Shown here in pieces: positions 17,972 through 26,050 of a stretch of 64,000 nucleotides of DNA. The stretch comes from Nitrospira sp. GTDB taxonomy: Bacteria > Nitrospirota > Nitrospiria > Nitrospirales > Nitrospiraceae. The stretch is taken from contig JAWOMO010000022.1 in assembly GCA_033852435.1 (NCBI GenBank), forward strand, positions 91,448 through 155,447. Reading direction: 5' to 3'. The notes beneath the pieces are model-generated. The model worked only from the letters and a program-made list of their open reading frames with translations. It ran no database searches and had not been told where the DNA came from. The position numbers were made by a program, and so were the translations under genes. Position 1 is the stretch's first letter; each line of letters begins with the position of its first letter.

Positions 17972-19200
17972 CCCAATTCACGCGCGATCTCTCGCAGAAA
18001 CGACGCGGCGTCCATCACGAGCCCGACCGCTTGAAAACTTCCTCGATCCGCGAGTTTCGTCGGGACCGAGGGATTGATGTCCACACACACGGTCGGGACC
18101 GACGCCGGCAACAGGTTTCCGGTCGCTACGGCATGCAACGTCGAGGCAACCAGTAAGGCCAAGCCCGTGCCTGGAATCGCTTTCCGCATGGCTTCTTGAG
18201 CCTGAATCGAATCCGTGATCACGCCCGGAAGCGGTCCATCGTCCCTGATCGTTCCCGCCATCACCACTTGCACAGCCTGTCTCACGCAAGCAGCCATGAT
18301 GCCCTGCTTCACCAGCCCGGATTCCACCGCTTTCTCAATGCTCCCGATTGCGCGGATGCGATTGATCGTTCGCAAGTGATGTTCGTGCCCATGGGGAAGC
18401 GGCTGGCCGGCCTGATGCGCATAACCCAGCGATGTGCCGTACAGTTCCATTTCCAGATCATGCGCCGCCAGTGCATTCCCGCAGAACAAAATTTGGACAT
18501 ACTCGTTCTCGATCAGCCAAGCCAAGGCATCCCGACCGCCAGCGTGAACGATCGCCGGCCCCCCTGAGAACAGGATCCGGCAATCAGCTTGCCCTTCGCG
18601 ATAGCCGGACCGCAGTTGCGTCATTCGTGTGGCGATATCGTGGATCATGTGCCCGTGCGGCCGCTCGACCGACACCTGCGACTCCATGAAGCTGAAGACG
18701 TCGCGCTTGCGCGGTCGCTGAAGGGGAATGACCCGCACGCCTTGTCGGCCGATTACAACGGACTCGCCGCACTTTACCGAGGCCATCGGGACGGCTCTGG
18801 CCACGCCTCGCTCAGGCTCGACCACGATACCCAGATCCATTTCGATCAGATCCACATTGATCCATGATCCCCGCAGCCGCACCTGTGTCGACAGATGGGT
18901 GGTCGCATAAAACTCATCGGGGAAGACCCCGTCCGCCGGTGCCGGCTGGAATCGGCAGTCCGATTCGCGTTCCACCGAAGCGCCATGAGGCTGAATCGCT
19001 TCCAGGATTGATTTGAGCTGGGCGGGGGATTCTGTTTGCACCACTATCTTGACCCGAGAGGGATCCTGGCGCGTCTTTCCGATCTGAACCTCTTGCAGGT
19101 CGAACGAGCCGCCCATCGAAAGAATCCGATCCAGCACCTTCGCCAAGATCAACGAATCGATGATGTGGCCTTGGAGAAGCACGGTCTCTTGATACACCAT
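17959..19200 (-). CDS. TIGR00300-family LOR/SDH-domain protein (ornithine cyclodeaminase-like, tentative)
   Basis: The N-terminus LLQGHIIDSLILAKVLDRI..GG.F and a length of ~410 aa match the archaeal/cyanobacterial LOR/SDH conserved-domain family as I recall it. Confidence 0.6.
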   Translation of the reverse strand: MVYQETVLLQGHIIDSLILAKVLDRILSMGGSFDLQEVQIGKTRQDPSRVKIVVQTESPAQLKSILEAIQPHGASVERESDCRFQPAPADGVFPDEFYATTHLSTQVRLRGSWINVDLIEMDLGIVVEPERGVARAVPMASVKCGESVVIGRQGVRVIPLQRPRKRDVFSFMESQVSVERPHGHMIHDIATRMTQLRSGYREGQADCRILFSGGPAIVHAGGRDALAWLIENEYVQILFCGNALAAHDLEMELYGTSLGYAHQAGQPLPHGHEHHLRTINRIRAIGSIEKAVESGLVKQGIMAACVRQAVQVVMAGTIRDDGPLPGVITDSIQAQEAMRKAIPGTGLALLVASTLHAVATGNLLPASVPTVCVDINPSVPTKLADRGSFQAVGLVMDAASFLREIARELGWKP

Positions 19201-19307
19201 GGCACCACCCTCTCAACTCCCGACTGCTAGGTAAATTTTACCACTCCTTTTCCGTAAAGGCCGGGTCGGCAAGGCCTATATTCATTGAGCCGAACAAGGA
19301 GATGCGT

Positions 19308-20363
19308 CTAGCGAACAGATGGTTCAGGGATTTTCATCAATTCCCGCAAGACACTCGTAGCGTACGCGCCTGGCGGCAGAGAAAAAGAGAGGGTAAGGAT
19401 GGAGCCATCCACTGACCAGTCGAGATCCACTAATGGGACTCGCAGCGATCGCCGCTCTCCGCGGAACCCGCAAGCCTTGGCTGCCTCCGTCAGGCTCTCA
19501 GGCGTGGTGCCCGCCTCTGTTGCGACAGCCCGCTCGATCTCGCCCGGTTCTCCGCCAGCCCAGGACACGCGCGACCCAAACAGAATGCCGGTGGGGCTGA
19601 TTTCGAATCGATCCGCGCGCGGCTGTTCGGCCTCGGCATTGTCGACGAGGAAACAGGCTCCGTTCTCCATCTTCATCGCCCAATCTCCGACCAGAATGCG
19701 GTCGATGCGATCGATGCGGCAGGCCAGGATTTGATTGAACAGGTGCGATTGAAAGGCGTTGAGGTACCACATTCGCTTGGCGCGGCTCATCTTGTTTCTG
19801 CGATCCGAATCCGTGAGGAGCGCCACCCCGGTCTGATAGTTCTCGCCGGCCCGTCCTTGCCTTTGGGGTCCGAAATAATTTGGCACTCCACGGCGCGTCA
19901 AGATATCCAGTACCGAGGGAACCGTTTCCTTGGCGTGGGCGGCCACGTCTCGAATGACAAGCCGGAATCGATTGCCGGCATGGTGTCCGGGGCGCAAGCG
20001 ATTGCGATGTCGCCCGAGGAGCTCAATCGACAGGATTTGCCCATCCGCTTTCAACCGGGCCAACCGGTCGGGGGTGACCCCATGCAAAGATACCATCTGA
20101 GTCGTGACGGCTCTCGCATCCTTGAGCCCGGCTGTTCCAATTCCCTGCGCTTTGACACCCACCGTTGACGAAATCTTCCGAATCAGATCCGGCGTCGACA
20201 GTAGCCGTTTGGTGACTTTGATATAGAGATGTTCCCCTTCTCCGCAAGGCAGATACAACGGACGCTCGTCGACCCGGAAATCCTCCGGCTCCACACGCAT
20301 GTGGCCGCCGATGCCAGGCATGGCGCTCGTGAGATAGGGCTGCATGGTTGGAGTGCGATCCAT
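19308..20363 (-). CDS. truD: tRNA pseudouridine(13) synthase TruD
   Basis: It has GTAGLKDARAVTTQ (catalytic Asp motif), NYFGPQRQG, and a typical length. Confidence 0.85.
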   Translation of the reverse strand: MDRTPTMQPYLTSAMPGIGGHMRVEPEDFRVDERPLYLPCGEGEHLYIKVTKRLLSTPDLIRKISSTVGVKAQGIGTAGLKDARAVTTQMVSLHGVTPDRLARLKADGQILSIELLGRHRNRLRPGHHAGNRFRLVIRDVAAHAKETVPSVLDILTRRGVPNYFGPQRQGRAGENYQTGVALLTDSDRRNKMSRAKRMWYLNAFQSHLFNQILACRIDRIDRILVGDWAMKMENGACFLVDNAEAEQPRADRFEISPTGILFGSRVSWAGGEPGEIERAVATEAGTTPESLTEAAKACGFRGERRSLRVPLVDLDWSVDGSILTLSFSLPPGAYATSVLRELMKIPEPSVR

Positions 20364-20425
20364 TATGATGTCGTCTCTGCAATCAGGTACGATCTCAATC
20401 TTTCATCGGACGTTGCCCTGCGTCA

Positions 20426-20434
20426 TGGTATACT
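20426..20434 (+). promoter_or_regulatory. Extended -10 element (TGgTATACT) placed for a leaderless transcript
   Basis: TGGTATACT ends 6 nt before ATG 20441. No Shine-Dalgarno sequence lies between them. Confidence 0.35.
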
Positions 20435-20440
20435 TTTTCG

Positions 20441-21067
20441 ATGCATGCTGGATTGAATATAGTTGTCGGAACGGTCTTCGTCTTCCTATTGGCCATCGCC
20501 CCAGGAGAGGCCAGGAGTGCGGGGCGAATAGACAACGCCGTCTTCTCGTCGTTCACCGGACATATTACCCGTCAAATGGGTCTGGACAAACAGGCCTTCG
20601 CCCAGGCCAGCACATGTTTGTCCTGGTTCTACAAAGCCTCCAAGAAGAAACCGCCGCCGCCTGCGGCTCAGGGCATTAATTGGAGGCCGACCGCTGGACC
20701 GCTACTCGAAGAAGACTGCCCCAGGATCTATCCGGGCGGCATGGACGCGGCACGAGAGGATTTCGCCAGAACGCAAACGTTGTTATCCGTCTGCCTCACA
20801 ATCTACGAATTTGCCTTGGTCGCCGATCAAGATGACAATCAATCCTACAGCACCATCGAGTTGAGGGATCTTTTCCAGTCCCTCTCTCTAGCCTACGATG
20901 CGGGAGATTCGCCGCGGAATTCCATCAACACCTTGACGGATCGATTCGACAATTGGCATCGCGCCAGAACGCTGGACCCGGTCATGCAGGGCATGAGCAC
21001 CCTCTACGAGCGAGGGTATCGCGTCACCCCTAACGATCGAGCCGAGTTGGACCGGGTCATGAAATGA
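20441..21067 (+). CDS. Secreted hypothetical protein with an EF-hand-like loop
   Basis: A signal peptide starts at residue 1 (MHAGLNIVVGTVFVFLLAIAPGEA). DQDDNQSYSTIE fits the 12-residue EF-hand loop at positions 1, 3, 5 and 12. Confidence 0.6.
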   Translation: MHAGLNIVVGTVFVFLLAIAPGEARSAGRIDNAVFSSFTGHITRQMGLDKQAFAQASTCLSWFYKASKKKPPPPAAQGINWRPTAGPLLEEDCPRIYPGGMDAAREDFARTQTLLSVCLTIYEFALVADQDDNQSYSTIELRDLFQSLSLAYDAGDSPRNSINTLTDRFDNWHRARTLDPVMQGMSTLYERGYRVTPNDRAELDRVMK

Positions 21068-21921
21068 CGCGACGGCGGATGTCCTGGCCCGATCGGCTCC
21101 GTTCCTTTATCGGTTACTGCCTGAGCGAACCGCTTTACCGGCTCTTCAGCCTCGTACCCCATTGGGAATTCGGTCTCTCCAGCCACAGAGTGTCCAGCCT
21201 GACTTTTACACACGGAGCGCTGGCCGGTCGCCGCGCCGTGCACTTGAGCGACTTGCATCTCGACCGCTATCACCCGCGCCATGAGCGTGTCGTTGAAGCC
21301 GTCGACGAACTCAGTCCCGATTGGATTTTCATCACCGGCGACCTGCTCAACGTGCCGGAAGGACTCCCTCATCTGTTCCGCTTTCTCGCCCGCCTGCGTG
21401 ACGTGGCTCCCGTCTATATCACCCTCGGCAACCACGATCACTACAGTGGGGTGTCCGTCGAGCAGTATGCCGAGCTCGCCGATCGGCACGGCATCACGCT
21501 CCTAGTGAACCAGACTGCGTTTATTCAAACAGGCATGGGGGAACTGGCCCTCGCAGGGGTCGACGATCCTTCATTGCATCGTGCCGATCTCAGCTGCTTA
21601 CCGCCTCCTGCAGACCGTCGGTTTACGTTACTCCTGGCGCATGCGCCGAATATTCTCGATCAAATGGAGGAGGAGCACGTCGTCGACTTGATTCTCTGCG
21701 GACACAGCCACGGCGGGCAGTGGCGCATTCCCGGGATCCCCACATTCTGGCTTCCACCTGGGTGTAACGGCCGCATCGAAGGCGAACATCGGTCTGGTGA
21801 ACGTACGCTTTACATCAACCGGGGAATGGGATGGTCGTTTCTTCCCTTCCGATGGAATTGCGAGCCGGAAATCGCCGTCATTGATTGGACAAATGAACAG
21901 ACCCAGGCGCGGACAGCGTAA
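21064..21921 (+). CDS. Metallophosphoesterase (YaeI-like)
   Basis: It has HLSDLHLD, GDLL, GNHD and GHSHGG motifs. It forms an ATGA overlap with the upstream gene. Confidence 0.85.
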   Translation: MTRRRMSWPDRLRSFIGYCLSEPLYRLFSLVPHWEFGLSSHRVSSLTFTHGALAGRRAVHLSDLHLDRYHPRHERVVEAVDELSPDWIFITGDLLNVPEGLPHLFRFLARLRDVAPVYITLGNHDHYSGVSVEQYAELADRHGITLLVNQTAFIQTGMGELALAGVDDPSLHRADLSCLPPPADRRFTLLLAHAPNILDQMEEEHVVDLILCGHSHGGQWRIPGIPTFWLPPGCNGRIEGEHRSGERTLYINRGMGWSFLPFRWNCEPEIAVIDWTNEQTQARTA

Positions 21922-21924
21922 CCC

Positions 21925-22686
21925 TCAGGTACTCATCCGCTCCAACGCTTCTTTCGCCCGACTTCTCACCGTCTGATCCCAATCTTCCTCCATCAGCACT
22001 TTCAATCGCTCCCGCGTTTCCACCGCCCGCAGTCGCCCCAATCCCAAGGCCGCACAAGAGCGGACATAGGCGTGATCGTCTTCCAACGCCTTGACCAGCA
22101 ACGGCACCACCGTCATATCTTGAAGCACTCCCAGGTGGCTGGCCGCCATGCCGCGAATCCGGTGCTGCTTCTCGCCTACCGCACGCTGCAACGTCGTGAC
22201 GAACAATTCCTTCATCGCCGGAACTGCGGGCTCTAGTCCCTGCACGCGGTACTCGTTCACTTCGATCAAGGCGAATGCCGTCTTGAGTTTCTTATCCCTC
22301 GCGGTTTCTCGTTCAAATGCTGCGAGGAGCTTCGCGCGCTGACTGAGGCGGCGCTTCCGCTTCCTGACAGCTCGCACCACCGTCCACAGCACCGCACAAC
22401 AGAGCGCGCCCACAAACACCAGGGGAATGGCTTGATCGATGATATATTCCTGCGTCTCGAGGGAAAGCCGCTTCCACACCCACACGGAGGCAATGACCGC
22501 CCCCAGAAGGAGGGCAATGGCGGTCAGGTTGGCGTTGCCGGACGAGGGTCGCAGCATAGGGACCGCATCATAGGGAGGCAGCCGCCGCGACGTCAACGGA
22601 AAGACGCAATGGGACGGTCGAGATGCCACGGACTTACTGGCAACGAGTAAGAGAAATCTTGACGCGGCCTCTTTGGAGGTTTTCAC
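21925..22686 (-). CDS. Membrane-anchored HEAT-repeat protein
   Basis: It has two TM helices followed by PBS-lyase/HEAT-like repeats (IRGMAASHLG, VRSCAALGLGRL, VRSRAKEAL). The start is uncertain; an internal ATG near 22557 is possible. Confidence 0.6.
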   Translation of the reverse strand: MKTSKEAASRFLLLVASKSVASRPSHCVFPLTSRRLPPYDAVPMLRPSSGNANLTAIALLLGAVIASVWVWKRLSLETQEYIIDQAIPLVFVGALCCAVLWTVVRAVRKRKRRLSQRAKLLAAFERETARDKKLKTAFALIEVNEYRVQGLEPAVPAMKELFVTTLQRAVGEKQHRIRGMAASHLGVLQDMTVVPLLVKALEDDHAYVRSCAALGLGRLRAVETRERLKVLMEEDWDQTVRSRAKEALERMST

Positions 22687-22823
22687 TTTTATTCCTATAG
22701 GGCTGTCTGGTCTCTCCTCGAGTGCGCGCGTCGAACGAGCACCGCCCTTGATGCCACCATTCGATAAGTCTGGCGTGCACCTTCCGCGAGCAGGAGGAGG
22801 ACCAGGCAGCCCCGCCAGTCGGC

Positions 22824-23327
22824 TTGACCGGTGGTTCTAGCGCGGACTATTCTCCCCCCTCAGTGGATCTCCCGGATTTCAAAGATGATCCCTATCTGAA
22901 AGTGCTTCGACCTCTGGCCGAGGCCTATCTGGCATTCTGGCGCGTCGATAGTCGCCACATTCGATCGATGCGACTGACTCCATCGCAGTTCGACGTGATT
23001 GTGACGCTCGGCGACACGAACGGACTCACCTGCTCCGAATTGTCGGCCCAGACGCTCGTGACAAAAGGAACGTTGACCGGAGTGCTGGATCGTCTGGCAA
23101 AAAGAGGGTTGATCAGGCGAGAGTCCGTTGCGGCGGACAAGCGGCGCACGAAGATCTGTTTAACGGAAAAAGGCAACGCCCTCTTCAGAAAAGTCTATGC
23201 CGCCCACATGGCCTTTACTCGACCATTCTTCGAACGGGCGCTTTCTCAACAGGAAATTGACACCGCACGAAGCCTCCTCCTTCGGATACGGGACAGCTTT
23301 CAAAAGGAAGGTCAAGGAGCAGGCTAA
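22824..23327 (+). CDS. MarR-family transcriptional regulator
   Basis: It has a winged-HTH pattern (LTPSQFDVIVTLG...LTCSELSAQTLVTKGTLTGVLDRLAKRGLIRRE...DKRR). The start appears to be TTG. Confidence 0.8.
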   Translation: MTGGSSADYSPPSVDLPDFKDDPYLKVLRPLAEAYLAFWRVDSRHIRSMRLTPSQFDVIVTLGDTNGLTCSELSAQTLVTKGTLTGVLDRLAKRGLIRRESVAADKRRTKICLTEKGNALFRKVYAAHMAFTRPFFERALSQQEIDTARSLLLRIRDSFQKEGQGAG

Positions 23328-23401
23328 GATGAAGATGAGGCAAGACCTCACTGCCGAACGTCGCGCTCGATCACAGCCTCACCCTTGACCGATCTGAACC
23401 T

Positions 23402-24154
23402 ATGCGCCTGACGATTCTTGGTTCCGGCACGAACGTCCATCCGACGCGAGCGGCGGCCGGTTACATCGTGCGGACCGATCAGACCTTGCTGCTCGACTTC
23501 GGACCCCGAACACTCATGAATCTGATGCGGACCGGCGTGAATCGCCATCGTATCGAGTACATTCTGTTCTCGCATTACCACAGCGACCATTTCGCCGACT
23601 TCATTCCTTTCTTTTTCGATGCGGTATTCTATTCGAACTATATCGGGCATAGACCCGATCTCACCCTCATCGGACCACGAGGAACCACACGGCTCTTCCG
23701 CACCCTTATAGCCACACTGCCGGGGTTCAAGAAGGCCCGCTTCAAGAGCCGTTTCAGAGAGGTGTCCGATCGAGCATTTCATATCGGGAAGACGTCCATT
23801 GTCCCGCGGACTGTCACCCACAGTCCCGGCCTGCATTGCATCGGCTATCGCATCGAGTACGGCGGGCGGGCCATCGCCTATTCCGGCGATGCGCAGTACT
23901 GCCACAATCTGGTGCCGCTTTGCGGTGACGTCGATCTTGCCGTGCTGGATTGCTCGTTCCCGGCAAACAAGCCGGGCCCTGGACATCTGCATGCCGGTGA
24001 ATGCGGGCAAGTGGCAGCGGAGGCAGGAGTCGGCCGCCTGGTACTCTCGCATTTCTATCCGATTGCGGAACGGTACAACGTGAAGGAGCAGGCAGGAGAA
24101 TCGTTCGGCGGACCGATCACGCTTGCCGGCGATCGAATGACGATCAAAATCTGA
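23402..24154 (+). CDS. MBL-fold metallo-hydrolase (RNase Z-like)
   Basis: It has the HYHSDH (HxHxDH) motif, downstream GD/H ligands, and a length of ~250 aa. Confidence 0.8.
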   Translation: MRLTILGSGTNVHPTRAAAGYIVRTDQTLLLDFGPRTLMNLMRTGVNRHRIEYILFSHYHSDHFADFIPFFFDAVFYSNYIGHRPDLTLIGPRGTTRLFRTLIATLPGFKKARFKSRFREVSDRAFHIGKTSIVPRTVTHSPGLHCIGYRIEYGGRAIAYSGDAQYCHNLVPLCGDVDLAVLDCSFPANKPGPGHLHAGECGQVAAEAGVGRLVLSHFYPIAERYNVKEQAGESFGGPITLAGDRMTIKI

Positions 24155-24180
24155 TACCAGAAGACAAGAGGCCCATCAAC

Positions 24181-24376
24181 GCAGGATGCTCAAAATCGAC
24201 CCGGGCAAGGCCGCAGCGAGCGAGAAGACGAGGAGGTACATACCAAGCTTTGCTTGAGCCGCTCGCTTCGATCACATGCGAGCGGAGAGGTACTTTCCCT
24301 CAACTGACCACTTCCATACGTTGAGTCTTTGAACGATGCGAGAACGCAGCCCGAGGCGATTTTCGGCATCCTGCTA
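24181..24376. repeat. Structured ~196-nt palindromic repeat, copy A (candidate ncRNA / REP- or MITE-like element)
   Basis: It aligns end to end with 38005-38201 in the same orientation. A 57-nt core has only 2 differences. It has ~26-nt terminal inverted repeats and internal hairpins CAAGC-TTT-GCTTG and CCGCTCGC-11nt-GCGAGCGG. No conserved ORF is present. Confidence 0.85.
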
Positions 24377-25261
24377 GAGGCCGCCTTCTTTGATTTCACA
24401 CCCTAAGATCTCCATAAACTTCGTCAGGCGGGCTTTCTTGAGAGGATCGTCGAGCTTGGCATAGATCGCGAGAAGATTCTTGATCATGCGCGAGAGAATG
24501 GCGCGCACCGGGCTGTGCTGGAGATATTTCTCGTCAAATCCGTAGCCCGCTTCGGTGAGAAAGCGCTGGCAGTTCTTCTCCGTCAGCAAGGCCCCGCCGT
24601 TGAAGCAATCGACGAAAATCTTGTACCGATCCGATTCATACTTGACGAGGAAATGCCCCGGCATGCCGATGCCATGCACCGGAAGACGCAGCCGCTTGCC
24701 GATCAGCAGGTAGACCACCGACAGGCTGATCGGAATCCCGGTCCGCCGGTCGATGACGCGATTGATGTAGCTGTTCTCAACCTCGTAATAATTCTTCGTG
24801 TTGCCCTTAAACCCCTGCTCCGTAAACAGATAGCGATTGAGCGTCTTGACCGTTTCCTCGCCGGATGCCCGAGGACCGATGCGATCCTGCACCTCCTGCG
24901 CCATTTCGTCCAGCAGGCGCGTATAGATCGATACGTCCAGTGAAGGATAGGCGTAGCGGGCGATCAGAAACGCCCCCTGCTCCAAATCCATGCTCTCGTC
25001 CGGCATGGCCGCCAACTGAATGAACTCGTCTTCCAGCTTGCCGCCACGGATCTCCTCGAGTACCGAGGCGATCCGCTCCGCCATTTCTGGTTGTTCGATC
25101 TCGGCTTCTTGCAGGAGGGGCACGGCTGAGGGACCGAATTCAATCAGCTTGTCGCTGATTGTCTGGACGATTTTTTCGTCCTCATCGGCGAGCAATCGGA
25201 TGAGGGCCCGAATTTGACTCTCGTTCACGACCATGATGAGCCTCCTGGACAACCCAGGCAA
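24374..25261 (-). CDS. SirB1/YchA-like transglutaminase-like protein with an N-terminal HEAT-like region
   Basis: NRYLFTEQGFKGNTKNYYEVENSYINRVIDRRTGIPISLSVVYLLIGKRLRLPVHGIGMPGHFLV is the UPF0162/SirB1 signature as I recall it. Confidence 0.6.
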   Translation of the reverse strand: MPGLSRRLIMVVNESQIRALIRLLADEDEKIVQTISDKLIEFGPSAVPLLQEAEIEQPEMAERIASVLEEIRGGKLEDEFIQLAAMPDESMDLEQGAFLIARYAYPSLDVSIYTRLLDEMAQEVQDRIGPRASGEETVKTLNRYLFTEQGFKGNTKNYYEVENSYINRVIDRRTGIPISLSVVYLLIGKRLRLPVHGIGMPGHFLVKYESDRYKIFVDCFNGGALLTEKNCQRFLTEAGYGFDEKYLQHSPVRAILSRMIKNLLAIYAKLDDPLKKARLTKFMEILGCEIKEGGL

Positions 25262-26041
25262 TTACCCCATCGCCCGTCGGAACGCTTTAGCGCCGCCATA
25301 GAGACAGAGCGCGTCGAAGATCACCATCACGACCACCACCATCCCGACATGCGGAAGCGCCTCACTCCAGCTGCTGAGGATCAGCGGCCGCACCGCGTCG
25401 ATGGCCCAGGTCATTGGATTGAACCTTGCCAAGAAACTCATCCACCCCGGCATGGCCGCCAACGGCACCAGTGCCGAACTTAAGAATATCATCGGGAGGG
25501 AGAGAAAGCCCAGCACGGAGAAGAAATCGCCATGGCTTTTCACGGAGAAGGCCATCGCCATGGAGATCGCCGTAAGCCCCACCCCGAACATCATGCCGAT
25601 GAGCAGAATCGTCGCAATGCCGAGCAATCCGGTGGTAGGCTGGACACCGAACAGAAAGGCCACGCCGAGAATCACCAGCACTTGGAGGGAGGTAATCGTC
25701 ATCACGAAGATGAAACGACTCAGGATCACCGAGCTCCGATGGATCGGCGTCGACATTAACCGTTCCAAGAATCCGTTCTCTTTATCGAAGAGCAGATCGA
25801 CCCCCCCGGCGAGTCCATTATTCAGCACCGTCATCACAACCACACCGGCCGCCAGGAAGCTGATGTAGTTCGGGGCCTGTGTTACCTGCGCATCCGCCGC
25901 ACGCTGGAACAGATTGCCGAAGAAGATCAGCCAGAACAGCATTGGCTGGACGAGCGTGAACAGCATACTGAACTTCTCGCGGCTCAGCCGCAGCACCCAT
26001 CGCATCGTCAATGCACTGATTTCCTGCCAGTACTGCGCCAC
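25262..26041 (-). CDS. ABC-2 type transporter permease
   Basis: It has six TM segments, a length of ~260 aa, and a position directly downstream of the ABC ATPase. Confidence 0.8.
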   Translation of the reverse strand: MAQYWQEISALTMRWVLRLSREKFSMLFTLVQPMLFWLIFFGNLFQRAADAQVTQAPNYISFLAAGVVVMTVLNNGLAGGVDLLFDKENGFLERLMSTPIHRSSVILSRFIFVMTITSLQVLVILGVAFLFGVQPTTGLLGIATILLIGMMFGVGLTAISMAMAFSVKSHGDFFSVLGFLSLPMIFLSSALVPLAAMPGWMSFLARFNPMTWAIDAVRPLILSSWSEALPHVGMVVVVMVIFDALCLYGGAKAFRRAMG

Positions 26042-26050
26042 AAGACTCCT

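Noticed and set aside
24181-24376. Interpretation of the repeat as 6S RNA, or as a classical MITE with target-site duplication
   Set aside because: 6S RNA is one long interrupted hairpin with a central bubble, whereas this element has several local hairpins inside a closing helix. For a MITE, I see no direct duplication flanking either copy (flanks CAAC/TAGA and TCCA/TAAG), and the arm sequences differ between copies. MITE-like origin is not excluded, but it is unsupported.
24190-24399. A 69-aa minus-strand ORF inside repeat copy A, and its counterpart 37817..38194 in copy B, which share LACDRSE..SLVCTSS
   Set aside because: Their similarity is a by-product of the conserved nucleotide repeat. 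Both ORFs run out of the repeat into unrelated flanking sequence (the 3' end of a real gene, or panC antisense). Their starts and ends are not conserved, and the composition is Ser/Arg/Leu-rich.
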